NCBI GenBank assembly: GCA_963708025.1
Contig: CAVPSB010000018.1
Coordinates: forward strand, 96,001 to 160,000
Length of the DNA stretch: 64,000 nucleotides
From: an uncultured Candidatus Rokubacteria bacterium
GTDB taxonomy: Bacteria > Methylomirabilota > Methylomirabilia > Rokubacteriales > DASRDR01
Direction: 5' to 3'
Under the pieces are notes generated by a model. It saw only the letters and a list, made by a program, of their open reading frames with translations, was not told the origin of the DNA and did not search any database. The first letter of the stretch is position 1, and each line of letters opens with the position of its first letter. The position numbers and the translations under genes are program-made. Of this stretch, positions 27,077 to 40,224 are shown one piece after another.

Positions 27077-28220
27077 ATGATCAAGGCCGACGACTTCCTG
27101 GTTCCCGCCCGCGCCCGCGGGTTCGACTTCTACGCCGGGGTCCCGTGCTCGTTCCTGACACCGATCATCAACCGGGTCATCGGCGACCCGGCCATCGAGT
27201 ACGTCGGGGCGGCCAGCGAAGGCGAGGCGGTGGCCATCGCGGCCGGCGCCTGGCTGGCCGGGCGGCGGACGGTCGTGATGTGCCAGAACTCGGGCCTCGG
27301 CAACGCGGTCAACCCGCTCACCTCGCTGAGCTTCCCCTTCCGGATCCCGACGCTGCTCATCGTGACCTGGCGCGGCCAGCCCGGACTCGCCGACGAGCCC
27401 CAGCACGAGCTGATGGGCGAGATCACCGGCGCCCTGCTCGACACCATGCGCATCCCGCGCCGGAGCTTCCCGACGACCGAGGGCGCCGTCGCCGAGGCGC
27501 TGGCCGCGGCCGAGGCCGAGATGGACGCGCACCAGCCTTCCCTTCGCCTTCATCATGGAGAAGGACAGCGTGCGCGACGACGGCCTCGACGAGCGGGCGC
27601 CGGGCCCCCGGCCGCCGGGGACGCATCGCGACCTCCGGGCGCACGGCCCGCGACCGTCGCGGGCCGCGGTGCTGGAGCGCTTCCTGGCCGTGGTGGCGGA
27701 CGCCGCCGCGGTGATCGCGACGACCGGGAAGTGCGGCCGCGAGCTGTTCACCCTCGCCGACCGGCCGCAGCACCTCTACCAGGTGGGCTCCATGGGATGC
27801 GCCGGGCCGATGGGGCTCGGGGTGGCGCTGAACGTGCGCCGGCCGGTCGTCGTGCTCGACGGGGACGGCGCCGCGCTCATGAAGCTGGGGGCGATGGCGA
27901 CCATCGGGGCCCGGGCCCCCCGGAACCTGGTGCACGTCGTGCTCGACAACGGCGTGCACGACTCGACGGGCGGGCAGGCGACGGTCTCGGCCAGCGTGGA
28001 CTTCGCGGCGGTGGCGCTGGCCTGTGGCTACGCGACGGGGACGCTCTGCGACGACCTCGCCGGCTTCGAGCAGGCCTTCACCGCGACCCGCGATCTCCCT
28101 GGGCCCCATCTCGTCCACGTCCGGATCGCGCCCGGGTCGATGACCCGTCTGGGCCGCCCGACCGTCAAGCCCCCCGAGGTCGCGCGCCGCTTCCAGCGGT
28201 TCCTGGCCGGCGCCGGGTAG
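27077..28220 (+). CDS. aepY: Phosphonopyruvate decarboxylase (ThDP enzyme), apparent +1 frameshift near 27532
   Basis: GVPCSFL, EGEAVAIAAG, QNSGLGNAVNPLTSL, DEPQHELMG, then GSMGCA and DGDGAALM...LDNGVHDSTGGQ. Confidence 0.88.
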
Positions 28221-28246
28221 CCGCCCCGGTCCGGCGGCTCCTGGCC

Positions 28247-28276
28247 GTGACAGCGGCCGGGCGGCGTTGCTATAGT
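28247..28276 (+). promoter_or_regulatory. Putative sigma70-type promoter
   Basis: GTGACA-18 nt-TATAGT with an extended -10 TG, 7 nt before ATG 28284 (possibly leaderless). Confidence 0.45.
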
Positions 28277-28283
28277 GCCCGCG

Positions 28284-28814
28284 ATGGCCAGGAATCGGTG
28301 GCTCGAGTGGGCCGAGGATCCCGAGCATCGCCGCCGGGTGTCGCTCCTGCGCGCGGCGCCGGTCTTCGCGGGGCTGCCGCGCCGGCTCCTCGGCCGGCTG
28401 GCCGTCCGGTTCGTCGAGAAGGCCTACGGCCCGGGTGACCTGGTCTTCCGGGAGGGCGATCCTGGCAAGGCGCTCTTCGTCCTCCGGGAGGGCGCGGTGT
28501 CGATCAGCCGGGCGACCGCCGACGGCGAGCGGATCCTGCGTGCACTCGAGCCCGGCGACTGCTTCGGCGAGATGGCGCTGATCGACGATTTCCCTCGATC
28601 GGCGTCGGCCGCGGTCACCGCCCCGACGCACCTCCTCATCCTCTACAAGAGTGACTTCGATGCGCTGGTCGAGGGCCAGCCCCGAATCGCGCTGGTGACG
28701 CTGCAGAACCTGCTCCGGATCCTGGCCACCTACGTCCGGAGCGCGCCGCCGCCGATGGCGGTGGAGCACTCCGGGGCGGGCGACGGCCGGGCCGGGACGG
28801 ACGCGGGACGATGA
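28284..28814 (+). CDS. Cyclic nucleotide-binding domain protein
   Basis: VFREGDPG, GDCFGEMALIDDFPRSASA. Confidence 0.9.
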   Translation: MARNRWLEWAEDPEHRRRVSLLRAAPVFAGLPRRLLGRLAVRFVEKAYGPGDLVFREGDPGKALFVLREGAVSISRATADGERILRALEPGDCFGEMALIDDFPRSASAAVTAPTHLLILYKSDFDALVEGQPRIALVTLQNLLRILATYVRSAPPPMAVEHSGAGDGRAGTDAGR

Positions 28815-29902
28815 TCGGCGCGCGGCGCGCACGCCCGACGTTCCCGGTGTGGCTGGTCGCCGTCGGCGTGCTCGCCCTCGGCTACCTCTTCCGGGGGCTC
28901 CTGGTTCCGCTCCTGGTGGCCATGGCGATGGCCTACCTGCTGAATCCCCTCGTCGCGTGGGCGGATGGCTTCGGGATCCGGCGGACCGTGGCCGTCGCGG
29001 CGCTCTATGTGGGGCTGGCCATCCTCGTGATCGGCGCCGCCGTCGCCCTCGGCCCCCGGCTCCGTGTCGAGGCCACCGGGCTCGCCGACCGGCTGCCGTC
29101 CCTGGTGGACGAGGTGGACGCGGCCCTCGTGCTGGCCGGCCGTGACCTCGCGATCGCGGTTCCCGCCACCCGGCGCTTTCTGCCGAGCAGCGAGGCGCGC
29201 CGGGGCTGGATCGAGCAGCTCCTCGAGGGCCGGGGCGGCCGGCTGGCCGACGTCCTCGAGAACGCCGGGCACCTGCTCCTCCTCTCGGTTCTGGTCCCGT
29301 TCTTCGCCTTCTTCCTGCTCCGCGACACCCGGCATCTCATCACGCTCCTGCTGAACCGGGTGCCGCCCGCCCACATCGAGACCTCCGTCGCCACCTGGGG
29401 TGTGATCAACCGGATCATCGGCGGGTACCTCCGGGGCGTCGCCCTGGACGGGCTCGTCATCGCGGTCCTCGCCTCGCTCGGCCTGTGGGCGCTGGGCGTG
29501 CCGTATCCCGTCCTGCTCGGCGCCTTCGCGGGGCTGGCCAACACGGTTCCCGTCGTGGGGCCGCTCCTGGGCGCCGGCGCCGCTGGCCTGGTCGTCCTCA
29601 CCGACGGCCGCGGGCTGGCCGCGATCGGGGGCGTCCTGCTCCTCTTCCTCGTGCTCAAGCTTCTCGACGACACCGTCATCCAGCCCCTGACCATCGGGCG
29701 GAGCGTGCACCTGCACCCCGTGCTCCTGCTCAGCTCGGTGGTGGCCGGCGGTCAGGCCTTCGGCATCCTGGGCATGGTGATCGCCGTGCCGCTGACGACC
29801 GTGCTCCAGGAGACGATCCGCCTCTGGCTCGAGCACCAGCGGGCCCTCGCCGCCCACCCGCACGCCCGGGAGGCCACGAGCCCGGCCCACTTCGTCTGCT
29901 GA
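28811..29902 (+). CDS. AI-2E family transporter
   Basis: AYLLNPLV, IGGYLRG, IQPLTIGRSVHLHP, FGILGMVIAVP. Confidence 0.9.
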   Translation: MIGARRARPTFPVWLVAVGVLALGYLFRGLLVPLLVAMAMAYLLNPLVAWADGFGIRRTVAVAALYVGLAILVIGAAVALGPRLRVEATGLADRLPSLVDEVDAALVLAGRDLAIAVPATRRFLPSSEARRGWIEQLLEGRGGRLADVLENAGHLLLLSVLVPFFAFFLLRDTRHLITLLLNRVPPAHIETSVATWGVINRIIGGYLRGVALDGLVIAVLASLGLWALGVPYPVLLGAFAGLANTVPVVGPLLGAGAAGLVVLTDGRGLAAIGGVLLLFLVLKLLDDTVIQPLTIGRSVHLHPVLLLSSVVAGGQAFGILGMVIAVPLTTVLQETIRLWLEHQRALAAHPHAREATSPAHFVC

Positions 29903-30050
29903 GGATCTTCGGGGGGGTCTCGGAAGACCCCCCCGATTCCCCCCCCTCGGAGGCCGTGACTGTTGGACGGCCTTCGGCCTTTGGGCCGCGGCTCGAAGCG
30001 GAACGCCACGACCGCGCGGCCAGAATCGAGGGGTTGCGAGAAGCCGATGG
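29903..30050 (+). repeat. Family B intergenic repeat with an inserted 22-nt module
   Basis: CGGGGGGGTCTCGGAAGACCCCCCCG..CCCCCCTCGGAGGCCG...GGAACGCCA...GCGAGAAGCCGA; colinear with 32409-32518 apart from a ~32-nt insert. Confidence 0.8.
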
Positions 30051-30059
30051 GGCCCGCCC

Positions 30060-30200
30060 GCGTGTGAAGGTTTGGGTCCTCCGACTCCCCCCTCCCCCGT
30101 GCGACGGAGGGACGGGACGTCGCGAGGGCCGCAGGCCCGAGCCGTCCCGGCGATCCCGTCAGACGGGAGGGGGTTGGGGGGTGGGCGGGAGGTCCCGAAC
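30060..30200 (+). repeat. Family A repeat with an expanded central hairpin
   Basis: GCGTGTGAAGG..CCTCCGACTCCCCCCTCCCC...GGGAGGGGGTTGGGGGGTGGGCGGGAGGTCCCGAAC. Confidence 0.85.
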
Positions 30201-30202
30201 AA

Positions 30203-30823
30203 TCAGGGCGGGGAGGCGAAGCGCGTCAGCAGCTCCTCGAAGTCGCCGGCCGGGAGGGCCTCTGCCCACTGGCGCGCCTCCGGGTCCTTGCCGTAGTACT
30301 CGCCCATGTAGACCACGGCCTCCTGCTTCGTCCGGAAGAGCCGCCAGCGATGGGCGACGCGGCTCCCGGCCCGCCGGAGGAGGAAGACCGGGTCCGCCGG
30401 GGAGGCCGGCTCGTACTCGCTCCGCGCGCCGGACTGGTCGTAGGTGATCCAGGCCACCGCGATCCCGTGCGCGGACAGGACCCGGGCGCGCAGCGATTCC
30501 TCGCTCGGCAGCGATTCCACGTCGGCCAGGCGCGGCCCGTAGTAGACGGGGACGCCGGCGTCGTCCACGGCGAGGAGGGGCGCGATCGGCCCCTCGCCGG
30601 CGGCGTCGAGCGCGCGCCGGGATTCCTCGCCGACCCAGAAGAACCCCGTCGGCGGCCCCGCCCGCTTCGTGCCGTACGCCACCCGGCGGGCCGCCTCGTC
30701 CCCCAGCCACGCGATGTCCGGGGTGTGGAGGTCCTGCCAGACCTCGACCAGCACGCCCGGGCCGACGCGCCCCCGCCGCCGGTCGATCTCGGCCTTGTCG
30801 GCGAGGAGGTAGAGGCGGGCCAT
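30203..30823 (-). CDS. Hypothetical protein
   Basis: 206-aa ORF with typical GC3 bias and protein-like composition; no family recognised. Confidence 0.75.
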   Translation of the reverse strand: MARLYLLADKAEIDRRRGRVGPGVLVEVWQDLHTPDIAWLGDEAARRVAYGTKRAGPPTGFFWVGEESRRALDAAGEGPIAPLLAVDDAGVPVYYGPRLADVESLPSEESLRARVLSAHGIAVAWITYDQSGARSEYEPASPADPVFLLRRAGSRVAHRWRLFRTKQEAVVYMGEYYGKDPEARQWAEALPAGDFEELLTRFASPP

Positions 30824-31174
30824 GGGCCGAAGGTAACATGGACGGTCTCGAGCGACAGGCGATCAGCTCGGCTTCGAGCGTCCCGGCCGAAGCCCGCCCC
30901 GCGGCCCAACCAGTTCGGCGAGCGCGTCCGCGAGGTCTACGAGAGCCCCAGGATGCGCCCGTACTTCCGCTCGGCCCCGTAGCCTCGCCCGCCAGGTCCG
31001 TCGCGGGGCTGTGACGCACGGCGTGAGAGGCTGCCCCTCACGGTATCGATCTTGCCCAAGGTCATGCAGAGACCGGCGCCCGCCTCGCGCCGCTGGGAAC
31101 GGACTGCCTGCGCCGTCAGGCGCTGGCTTTGGAATCACGCGGAGCGGGATCCGCGAGAGAGGCCTCCGCAGCTC

Positions 31175-31251
31175 GAAGGGTCCTCCCGGCTTCCCCCCTC
31201 CCCCCGGTGGGTGGGGGAGGGAGGTTGGGGGGTGGGCGGGAGGTCCCGAAC
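31175..31251 (+). repeat. Family A repeat (no 22-nt module)
   Basis: CCCCCCTCCCCCCGGTGGGTGGGGGAGGGAGGTTGGGGGGTGGGCGGGAGGTCCCGAAC. Confidence 0.85.
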
Positions 31252-31324
31252 TGAGTGGACCAAGGTCCAATAGGCAGGTCGGATCACGGCGACTAGACTC
31301 ATCACGTACAGGAGGAGCGGGGTC

Positions 31325-31576
31325 ATGGCGGTCATCTGGTGGATCGTGTTCGGGCTCGTCGTGGGGATCGTCGCCAAGTTCTTGATGCCGGGTCGTGACC
31401 CGGGCGGAGTCATCGTCACGATTCTGCTCGGAGTGGCGGGCGCCCTCCTGGGCGGCTATCTTGGCCGGGCGGTTGGCTGGTACGCCGAGGGGGATCCAGT
31501 CGGCTTCTTGATGGCCGTGGTGGGCGCCATCGCCTTGCTGGCGCTCTACCGGATGCTGGCCCGCCGATCGGTCTGA
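31325..31576 (+). CDS. GlsB/YeaQ/YmgE (transglycosylase-associated) membrane protein
   Basis: WIVFGLVVGIVAKFLMPGRDPGG..TILLGVAGALLGG; AGGAGG SD. Confidence 0.92.
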   Translation: MAVIWWIVFGLVVGIVAKFLMPGRDPGGVIVTILLGVAGALLGGYLGRAVGWYAEGDPVGFLMAVVGAIALLALYRMLARRSV

Positions 31577-31585
31577 GTGACGTTT

Positions 31586-31647
31586 CTCGGGGGGCTCGAA
31601 AGACCCCCCCGCTGCCCCCTCGTCGTGGCGGCGGCGAAGCCGCCGCC
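31586..31647 (+). repeat. Partial family B repeat plus a GAA-loop hairpin
   Basis: CGGGGGGCTCGAAAGACCCCCCCG..CCCCCTCG, then GGCGGCGGC-GAA-GCCGCCGCC. Confidence 0.6.
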
Positions 31648-31709
31648 GCGGTGGCTCTGCATGGCTCACATGGCCTTGAACGCCCGGTCGGGGCGCCCAG
31701 GAGGCAGAG

Positions 31710-32408
31710 ATGCTTGCAGTGAGATGGCTGCGCATGATTCCGGCGGTGGCCCTCGTCCTCGCCGGCTGTGTCGGGCTCGAGACACGGCCGGCGCCGTCCC
31801 GAGGCCCCGCGCCCTCGCCGAGCGCCGGACAGCCCGCGCCGACCCCGGCGGCCCGGCGAGTCGACCCGCGGGACGCCCAGCGGCTTTCGCGCATCATGGT
31901 TCCGCTGCTTCGGGCCGCCAACAACCAGCGGCCGCTGGACCAGGTTCGCGTGGGAGTCCTCGCCGACGACGGCATCAACGCCGCCAGCGCCGGCGGCGGC
32001 GAGTTCTACGTGACGCGGGGTCTCCTCACGCGCGCCAACGACGAGCAGCTCGCCGCGGTTCTGGCCCACGAGATCGCGCACGACGACCTCGGCCACGTGG
32101 CGAAGGCACAGGCCTTGGGCGCCGGGGTCCAGATCGGGGCCGCCATCCTCGATCAGATCTTTCCCGGCGTCGGCCAGATCGCGCCGGTGGCCGGCACCCT
32201 GATCACCCGTGCCTACAGCCGGCAGGAAGAGCTGGAGGCCGATCGCCACGGGGTGGAGATCCTCCAACGGGCGGGCCTGCCCAAGGAGGCGATGGAGCGG
32301 ACCCTCGTCTGGCTCGAGTCGCAGACCGGCGGCAGCAGCGGTGGCGGGTTCTTCTCCACGCACCCCGGCACGGACGAGCGCATCGCCGCCCTCCGCAAGC
32401 TCCGCTAA
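31710..32408 (+). CDS. M48-family metallopeptidase lipoprotein
   Basis: LAGC lipobox, INAA, HEIAH, YSRQEELEAD, FSTHP. Confidence 0.92.
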   Translation: MLAVRWLRMIPAVALVLAGCVGLETRPAPSRGPAPSPSAGQPAPTPAARRVDPRDAQRLSRIMVPLLRAANNQRPLDQVRVGVLADDGINAASAGGGEFYVTRGLLTRANDEQLAAVLAHEIAHDDLGHVAKAQALGAGVQIGAAILDQIFPGVGQIAPVAGTLITRAYSRQEELEADRHGVEILQRAGLPKEAMERTLVWLESQTGGSSGGGFFSTHPGTDERIAALRKLR

Positions 32409-32518
32409 ATCCTCGGGGGTTTCGGAAGACCCCCCGATCCCCCCCTCGGAGGCCGCGGCGCGGAGTGGAACGCCATGGCCGCGAGGTCTGCGGTCGGCGC
32501 GTCGCGAGAAGCCGACGG
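32409..32518 (+). repeat. Family B intergenic repeat (no module)
   Basis: Colinear with 29903-30050; begins right after a stop codon. Confidence 0.8.
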
Positions 32519-32681
32519 ACAGCCGCGTTCGTGAAGAGGACCCGGGCGGAGTCGGTCCAATCGGTCGAGTCGAGGAGTTTTGCCGGCCTGGCCCGACGCT
32601 TGGACACTCCGCCGGCGGTGGAGTAGACTGCGTCCCAGGGAGGCCGACGACGCGAAGGCGGGCTGCCCAGGGAGGTGCGCA

Positions 32682-33314
32682 GTGGTCGCACGAACGATCC
32701 TCCGAGTCGTGGCCGGCGGCCTCGCCCTGGTCCTGCTGGCCGGCTGTGCCGAGCAGACCGCTCAGGGCACCATCGTCGGGGCCGGAAGCGGCGCCCTCAT
32801 TGGTGCCATGGCGGGCAAGGGGACCGGTGCGCTTCTCGGAGCGGTGATCGGCGGCCTCGCCGGCGCGCTCGTGGGGGAGACGGTGGCCCATCGTCAGACC
32901 GCTGCCGCCGCGACGCCGGCGCCACCCCCGCCTCCGCCGCCCGCGGCCTTCCCGGGCCCACCACCTCCACCGCCGGGCGGGCAATGGTCGGTGGTGACCT
33001 CACCGGCGCCGGTGGGCGGTCCGGTGGCTCCGCCGGGGCCGCCGCCCGATCCCACGCGGGGCGTGATCACCAACGCGACCCCGTGGGAGATCCAGGTCTT
33101 CATCGATGCGCCGCCCGGCACCCCAGGCCCGCTCGTTCTCAGGCGGGGTGACAGCGTACCCGTCATCCTCGACGTCGGACAGCACCGCATCGTCGCGCAG
33201 GCGTTCGTCGACACCCAGCTCGGCCGCCGGCTGGTGGGCACGTTCGACCAGATCCTGAGCGTGGATCCACGCGCTCCCGGCTGGACCATCCACTTCTTCC
33301 CGACCAACTTCTAG
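32682..33314 (+). CDS. Glycine-zipper lipoprotein with Pro-rich linker
   Basis: LLAGC lipobox; GTIVGAGSGALIGA...GALLGAVIGGLAGALVG; GGAGG SD. Confidence 0.82.
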   Translation: MVARTILRVVAGGLALVLLAGCAEQTAQGTIVGAGSGALIGAMAGKGTGALLGAVIGGLAGALVGETVAHRQTAAAATPAPPPPPPPAAFPGPPPPPPGGQWSVVTSPAPVGGPVAPPGPPPDPTRGVITNATPWEIQVFIDAPPGTPGPLVLRRGDSVPVILDVGQHRIVAQAFVDTQLGRRLVGTFDQILSVDPRAPGWTIHFFPTNF

Positions 33315-33539
33315 CCCCAACCGGACAGACGCCCGGACCTGAGCCGTCTGTTCCCCTCCTCCCCGGGGGGGACGGGCCGGTCCCCACCCCGACCCTGTCT
33401 CCCTCCCCGCGGGGGCGAGGGAGCGGAGTGCCGCCCTCGATCGCGAAGAGACACGGCCCGTGCTCCGTCCTAGGGGGCAGACCGATGGTGTGTCAGCACC
33501 CCACCCACACGTGGTGAACATTCACCAGGAGGCCCTAGC

Positions 33540-34994
33540 ATGATCGCTGCGAAGCCATGGCGAGTCAGGGCCGGCTATGCCCTGCTCGCCGTACTGCTCG
33601 TCCTCTCGGCAGGTGTTCTGATGACCCGGGTCCTGGCGGCCACCCCCGCCGCGCCCGACTCGAGTGCCACGACCGCGCCGGCCATCCCGGGCGCGCTCCC
33701 CGAGTCCTACCCGTGGATGCGTCTGGCCGAGACCCTCACGCCGGCCGTGGTCAACGTCCGGACGGTTGGCGAGACTCCCCGCGGGCGGGACCGCGTCGAG
33801 GAGATGCTGCCGGAGCCGTTCCGCCGCCACCTGCCGCCAGAGCTCCGCGGACAGGCTCCCGACCGGCCCCGCCCGATGCGAGGGCTCGGGTCCGGGTTCA
33901 TCATCGACGCCGGCGGCTACATCGTCACCAACCACCACGTGGTGGACGGCGCCAAGTCCATCGAGGTGACCCTCAGCGACGGCCGGAAACTCGCGGCGAA
34001 GCTGGTGGGGAGCGACCCCGAGACCGACATCGCGCTCCTGAAGGTGGAGGCCACCGGCCTGCCGACGATCCCGCTCGGCAGCTCGGCGGCGCTGCGCGTG
34101 GCCGAGCCGGTCATGGCGATGGGCAACCCGTTCGGCCTCGATCACACGGTGACCGTGGGGATCATCAGCGGCACCGGCCGGGTGATCGGCGCCGGCCGCT
34201 ACGACGACTTCCTGCAGACCGACGCCGCGATCAACCCCGGCAACTCCGGGGGCCCGATCATCAACACCCGCGGGGAGGCCGTCGGCATCGCCAGCGCGAT
34301 CGCGAGCCGGAGCGGCGGCTTCCAGGGCGTCGGGTTCGCCATCCCGATCGATCTGGCCAAGCCGGTCGTGCAGCAGCTCCGGACGGCCGGGCGGGTGACC
34401 CGCGGCTGGCTCGGCGTGTCGATCCAGCCGGTCACTCCCGAGCTGGCCAAGTCGTTCAGCCTCACCGAGACGAAGGGCGTGCTGGTGGCCTCGGTGGCCG
34501 ACGGCTCGCCCGCCGAGAAGGCGGGGCTCAAGGCCGGCGACGTCATCGTCCGGTACGATGGCAAGGGCGTCGACGGCCCCCGCGTGCTGCCGGCGCTGGT
34601 GGCCAACACCGAGATCGGCAAGACCGTGGAGCTGTCGGTCGTCCGCGACGGGAGCCTCCGGCCCCTGAAGGTCACCGTCGGCAACCTCGCCGATTCCCGT
34701 CAGGCGAGCGCGACGGGGGAGCCGGTCAAGCCGAGCCGGCTCGCCGAGCGGCTCGGCCTCGAGCTGCAGCAGGGCGACAAGGGCGTCGTGGTGACCGACG
34801 TTCGGCCTTCGTCCCCGGCCGACCAGGCCGGGATCGTCGAGGGCGACGTGATCCGCGAGGTCAACCGGACCCCCGTCTCGAGGATCGAGGACGTCCAGAA
34901 AGGGATGGACCGGCCGGTCGGAGCGGCGAACCAGGTCCTGCTCCGCGTCGAGCGGCAGGGCTCGGAGCGCTACGTCGTCGTGGACGTCGGCTAG
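33540..34994 (+). CDS. htrA: Do/DegP/HtrA serine protease with two PDZ domains
   Basis: GLGSGFII, TNHHV, TDIALLK, QTDAAINPGNSGGP, two PDZ domains. Confidence 0.95.
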   Translation: MIAAKPWRVRAGYALLAVLLVLSAGVLMTRVLAATPAAPDSSATTAPAIPGALPESYPWMRLAETLTPAVVNVRTVGETPRGRDRVEEMLPEPFRRHLPPELRGQAPDRPRPMRGLGSGFIIDAGGYIVTNHHVVDGAKSIEVTLSDGRKLAAKLVGSDPETDIALLKVEATGLPTIPLGSSAALRVAEPVMAMGNPFGLDHTVTVGIISGTGRVIGAGRYDDFLQTDAAINPGNSGGPIINTRGEAVGIASAIASRSGGFQGVGFAIPIDLAKPVVQQLRTAGRVTRGWLGVSIQPVTPELAKSFSLTETKGVLVASVADGSPAEKAGLKAGDVIVRYDGKGVDGPRVLPALVANTEIGKTVELSVVRDGSLRPLKVTVGNLADSRQASATGEPVKPSRLAERLGLELQQGDKGVVVTDVRPSSPADQAGIVEGDVIREVNRTPVSRIEDVQKGMDRPVGAANQVLLRVERQGSERYVVVDVG

Positions 34995-35003
34995 GAGTTT
35001 CCC

Positions 35004-37946
<2,943 letters not shown>

Positions 37947-38097
37947 GCTCGCCAGGACTCCATCAATGCGGCCCGACCTGCGCGCGCAGCCCGTGGGCCT
38001 CTCTTCACTATATCCCGTCTGCCGCCGGTCCGCCTCCCCGCCTCCCCGCCTCCCCGCCTTGGCCCCGGTTCCCGCTGCGTGCTAGAGTGGCCGGGCC

Positions 38098-38460
38098 ATG
38101 CCGATCCTGTTCGTGGTGAGGCGATCCCGCCCCCGGCTGTTCGCCGCCCTCCGCCGTCTGGTGGCGCGACCGGGCCTGGTCGGGGTCATGCTCGAGCGCC
38201 GGGACCCGCCGGCCCGCCGGAAGGGGCCGACCGACGTGGCCGACCAGCCCCGACGCCCGGTGCGCCAGCCGCTCGACCACGACGGCCTCCGGACCTTGGC
38301 CGAGATCGGCTTCATGGTCGTGAGCGTGCGCACGCTCCCGGAGGGCGCCGACCCCCGGCGGGCCAGGCGGGCGGCCCCGGCGGCCTCCGGGCCGGCGCGT
38401 CGCTCCAAGGCCCGCGTGCGCTCGAGGCGCCGCCCCGGCCCGGCCCGCCGCTCCGGATGA
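38098..38460 (+). CDS. Hypothetical small basic protein
   Basis: ORF coupled (ATGA) to the downstream hydrolase; extended -10-like TGCTAGAGT just upstream. Confidence 0.6.
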   Translation: MPILFVVRRSRPRLFAALRRLVARPGLVGVMLERRDPPARRKGPTDVADQPRRPVRQPLDHDGLRTLAEIGFMVVSVRTLPEGADPRRARRAAPAASGPARRSKARVRSRRRPGPARRSG

Positions 38461-40202
38461 CGGTCAGCGTCCCCGGCTTCCGCGTCCGGACGCGGCTCGG
38501 CGTCCCGGTGGCGATGCGCGACGGCGTCCGCCTCTCCACCGACGTCTACCTCCCCGACGCCCCGGGACCCTTCCCGGTCATTCTGATCCGCACCCCGTAC
38601 AGCAACAACGTAGAGTACCTGGTCGAGGACGGCGTGCACTTCGCCCAGCGCGGGTACGCGGTCGCGATCCAGGACGTCCGCGGGCGCTTCGACTCGGACG
38701 GGGAGTGGTCGCCGTTCGCCCACGAGGCCACGGACGGCTACGACGCCCAGGAGTGGTGCGGGACCCAGCCCTGGTCCACCGGCAAGCTGGGGACCAGCGG
38801 CGGCTCCTACCTCGCGCTGACCCAGTGGCTGCCGGCGCCCCTTCGCAACCGCCACCTGGCGGCCATGGCGCCCCGCGTCGGGTTCTCGAACCTCTACCAC
38901 AACTGGGTCTACACGGGCGGCGCGTTCCAGCTCGGCTTCAATCTCCGCTGGGGCGCCATCCAGATGCACACGCGGACGAACCAGACCCAGTACCTCTGGA
39001 TGCCGCCCGAGCAGCACCTGTCCTCGCTCTTCTGGCACCTCCCCCTCGTGACCGGTGACGAGAACGCGGGGCGGACCTGCGAGTTCTACAAGGAGTGGAT
39101 CCGCCACCCGGCCTATGACTCGTACTGGGAGAAGCTCGGCAACGTCGAGAAGGACTACGACCAGATCGACGTCCCGGCCTACGGGCTGGGCGGCTGGTAC
39201 GACGTCTTCCTCCAGTCCACCTTGAACAACTTCATGGGCGTCCGGGGGCGTGGGTACTCGGAGCGGGCCCGACGCGGCCAGAAGGTCCTGATCGGGCCCT
39301 GGGTCCACTCACTCGGCGAGCGCGGGACCTGCCCCCGGACCGGCGACCTCGACTTCGGGGCGGCCTCGCTGGTCGACCTGCGGGGCGAGGAGCTGCGCTG
39401 GTTCGACTACTGGCTCAAGGGCCTCGACAACGGGATCCTGCGCGAGCCGCCGGTCCGGGTCTTCGTCATGGGGACGAACCGGTGGCGGACGGCCGACGAC
39501 TGGCCGATCCCCGGCACCCGCTTCGTCGAGCACTACTTCCACAGCGGCGGCCGGGCCAACTCGCTCTTCGGCGACGGCCGCCTGGACCGCCGGCGTCCGG
39601 AGACCGAGCCGCCCGACAGCTTCGTCTACGATCCCCGCGAGCCGGTCCCGACGCTCGGCGGCAGCACGTGCTGCGGCGAGGATGTCACGCCGATCACCAT
39701 GGGGCCGCGCGACCAGCGCCCGGCCGAGTGGCGGCCCGACGTCCTCTGCTACACCACGCCGCCGCTCGAGGCCGACGTCGAGGTGACCGGCCCGATCGAG
39801 GCCGCGCTGTGGGCGGCGTCCACCGCCCCCGACACCGACTTCACGGCCAAGCTGGTGGACGTCTTTCCCTCGGGTTACGCGATGAACGTGGCCCAGGGCA
39901 TCATCCGGGCCCGCTTCCGCGACTCCTGGGAATCGCCGGCGCCGCTCGAGCCCGGCCGGATTTACCGCTTCCGGATCGACTGCTGGTCCTCGTCGAACTG
40001 CTTCCAGAAGGGCCACCGGATCCGCGTCGAGATCGCCTCGTCGAACTTCCCGCAGTTCGACCGGAACCCGAACACCGGCCACCCCTTCGGACAGGACGCC
40101 GAGCTGCGCCCGGCCACGCAGACGATCTACCACGACGCGGTGCACCCGTCGCACATCGTGCTGCCCGTCGTGGATGCCGGCGGGCCGTCGCCTTCGTCCT
40201 GA
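38457..40202 (+). CDS. CocE/NonD family hydrolase
   Basis: MRDGVRLSTDVYLP, RTPY, QDVRGRFDSDG, GGSYLA nucleophile elbow, GGWYD, IGPWVH, SSNFPQFDRNPNTG. Confidence 0.95.
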   Translation: MTVSVPGFRVRTRLGVPVAMRDGVRLSTDVYLPDAPGPFPVILIRTPYSNNVEYLVEDGVHFAQRGYAVAIQDVRGRFDSDGEWSPFAHEATDGYDAQEWCGTQPWSTGKLGTSGGSYLALTQWLPAPLRNRHLAAMAPRVGFSNLYHNWVYTGGAFQLGFNLRWGAIQMHTRTNQTQYLWMPPEQHLSSLFWHLPLVTGDENAGRTCEFYKEWIRHPAYDSYWEKLGNVEKDYDQIDVPAYGLGGWYDVFLQSTLNNFMGVRGRGYSERARRGQKVLIGPWVHSLGERGTCPRTGDLDFGAASLVDLRGEELRWFDYWLKGLDNGILREPPVRVFVMGTNRWRTADDWPIPGTRFVEHYFHSGGRANSLFGDGRLDRRRPETEPPDSFVYDPREPVPTLGGSTCCGEDVTPITMGPRDQRPAEWRPDVLCYTTPPLEADVEVTGPIEAALWAASTAPDTDFTAKLVDVFPSGYAMNVAQGIIRARFRDSWESPAPLEPGRIYRFRIDCWSSSNCFQKGHRIRVEIASSNFPQFDRNPNTGHPFGQDAELRPATQTIYHDAVHPSHIVLPVVDAGGPSPSS

Positions 40203-40224
40203 CCGCGTCCGCGGGGTGGCATCG

